The translations under genes were made by a program, and so were the position numbers. The notes under the pieces were generated by a model. The model saw nothing but the letters and a program-made list of their open reading frames with translations. It did not search any database and was not told the origin of the DNA. Source: Clostridiales bacterium (lineage in GTDB: Bacteria; Bacillota; Clostridia; Christensenellales; UBA1242). Taken from it: a stretch of 64,000 bases of DNA. The stretch spans positions 19,300-83,299 of the forward strand of contig SVIQ01000003.1 in the NCBI GenBank assembly GCA_015069415.1. The letters are read 5' to 3'. Shown in pieces: positions 63,795 to 64,000 of the stretch (position 1 is its first letter; each line of letters starts with the position of its first letter).

Positions 63795-64000
63795 TATACC
63801 TCCTCTACTGTTCCACCTTGTGCTGTGATTTTTTCTTTAGCTTGAGCAGTGAACTTGTTAGCAACAACTTTAAGAGCAACTGAAAGTTCACCATTTCCTA
63901 ATATTTTGATACCGTCTTTTTCAACTTTAGACAAGATTCCTGCCTCAAGAAGTTTAACAGCATCAACTTCAGTGTTAGCTTCAAAAATATTCAATTGGCT
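63794..64000 (-). CDS. rplO: 50S ribosomal protein L15 (C-terminal part; gene continues past the window edge)
   Basis: ...KILGNGELSVALKVVANKFTAQAKEKITAQGGTVEEV. Position upstream of secY. Confidence 0.85.
   Translation of the reverse strand, partial: SQLNIFEANTEVDAVKLLEAGILSKVEKDGIKILGNGELSVALKVVANKFTAQAKEKITAQGGTVEEV

Overview
AT-rich (about 30% GC by eye) chromosomal segment that looks Bacillota/Firmicutes-like. It uses the standard genetic code (Trp is TGG; TGA behaves as a stop). All calls rest on reading the ORF translations and the DNA by eye; no searches, alignments or folding programs were run.

Most genes are core housekeeping genes on the minus strand. Read in the direction of transcription, from 64 kb downwards:
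- The tail of the spc/alpha ribosomal cluster: rplO (partial), secY, adk, map, a KOW protein, infA, rpmJ, rpsM, rpsK, rpsD, rpoA, rplQ.
- A 2211-aa membrane-anchored protein with a Pmp-type GGAIY repeat beta-helix.
- The str operon (rpsL, rpsG, fusA, tuf), then trpS.
- An ArsR regulator, then pgk-tpiA-gpmI, then secG-rnr-smpB.

Other identifiable genes:
- Core functions: ssrA (tmRNA), pyk, rplM-rpsI, truA, PFOR (nifJ), tex, spmAB, metG, and stand-alone tRNA-Ala and tRNA-Ile.
- Two LtaS-type sulfatases.
- Envelope and surface proteins: Listeria-Bacteroides-repeat proteins, a TasA-like protein, an O-antigen-ligase-like protein and a CrtO-like protein.
- A YdjI-like SPFH/zinc-ribbon cluster.

Observations worth follow-up:
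1. metG and trpS are each preceded by a promoter, a short SD-led leader ORF enriched in the cognate codon (Met or Trp), and an intrinsic terminator. No T-box is visible. A third promoter/mini-ORF/terminator unit precedes a His-rich permease.
2. The Spo0A recognition heptamer (0A box, TGTCGAA) sits inside the -35/-10 spacer of four promoters. The window also holds two convergent receiver-less Spo0A_C-like genes with tandem palindromic operators.
3. A barnase-like toxin fused to a MuF-type Cys knuckle stub is coupled to a barstar-like gene.
4. A Rho homologue has a destroyed P-loop.
5. An EndoA-type MazF is paired with a non-canonical acidic partner.
6. The 3' ends of tRNA-Ile, tRNA-Ala and rplQ are each duplicated just downstream of the gene, which looks like integration or recombination scars.

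No CRISPR array, rRNA, transposase or integrase was seen.
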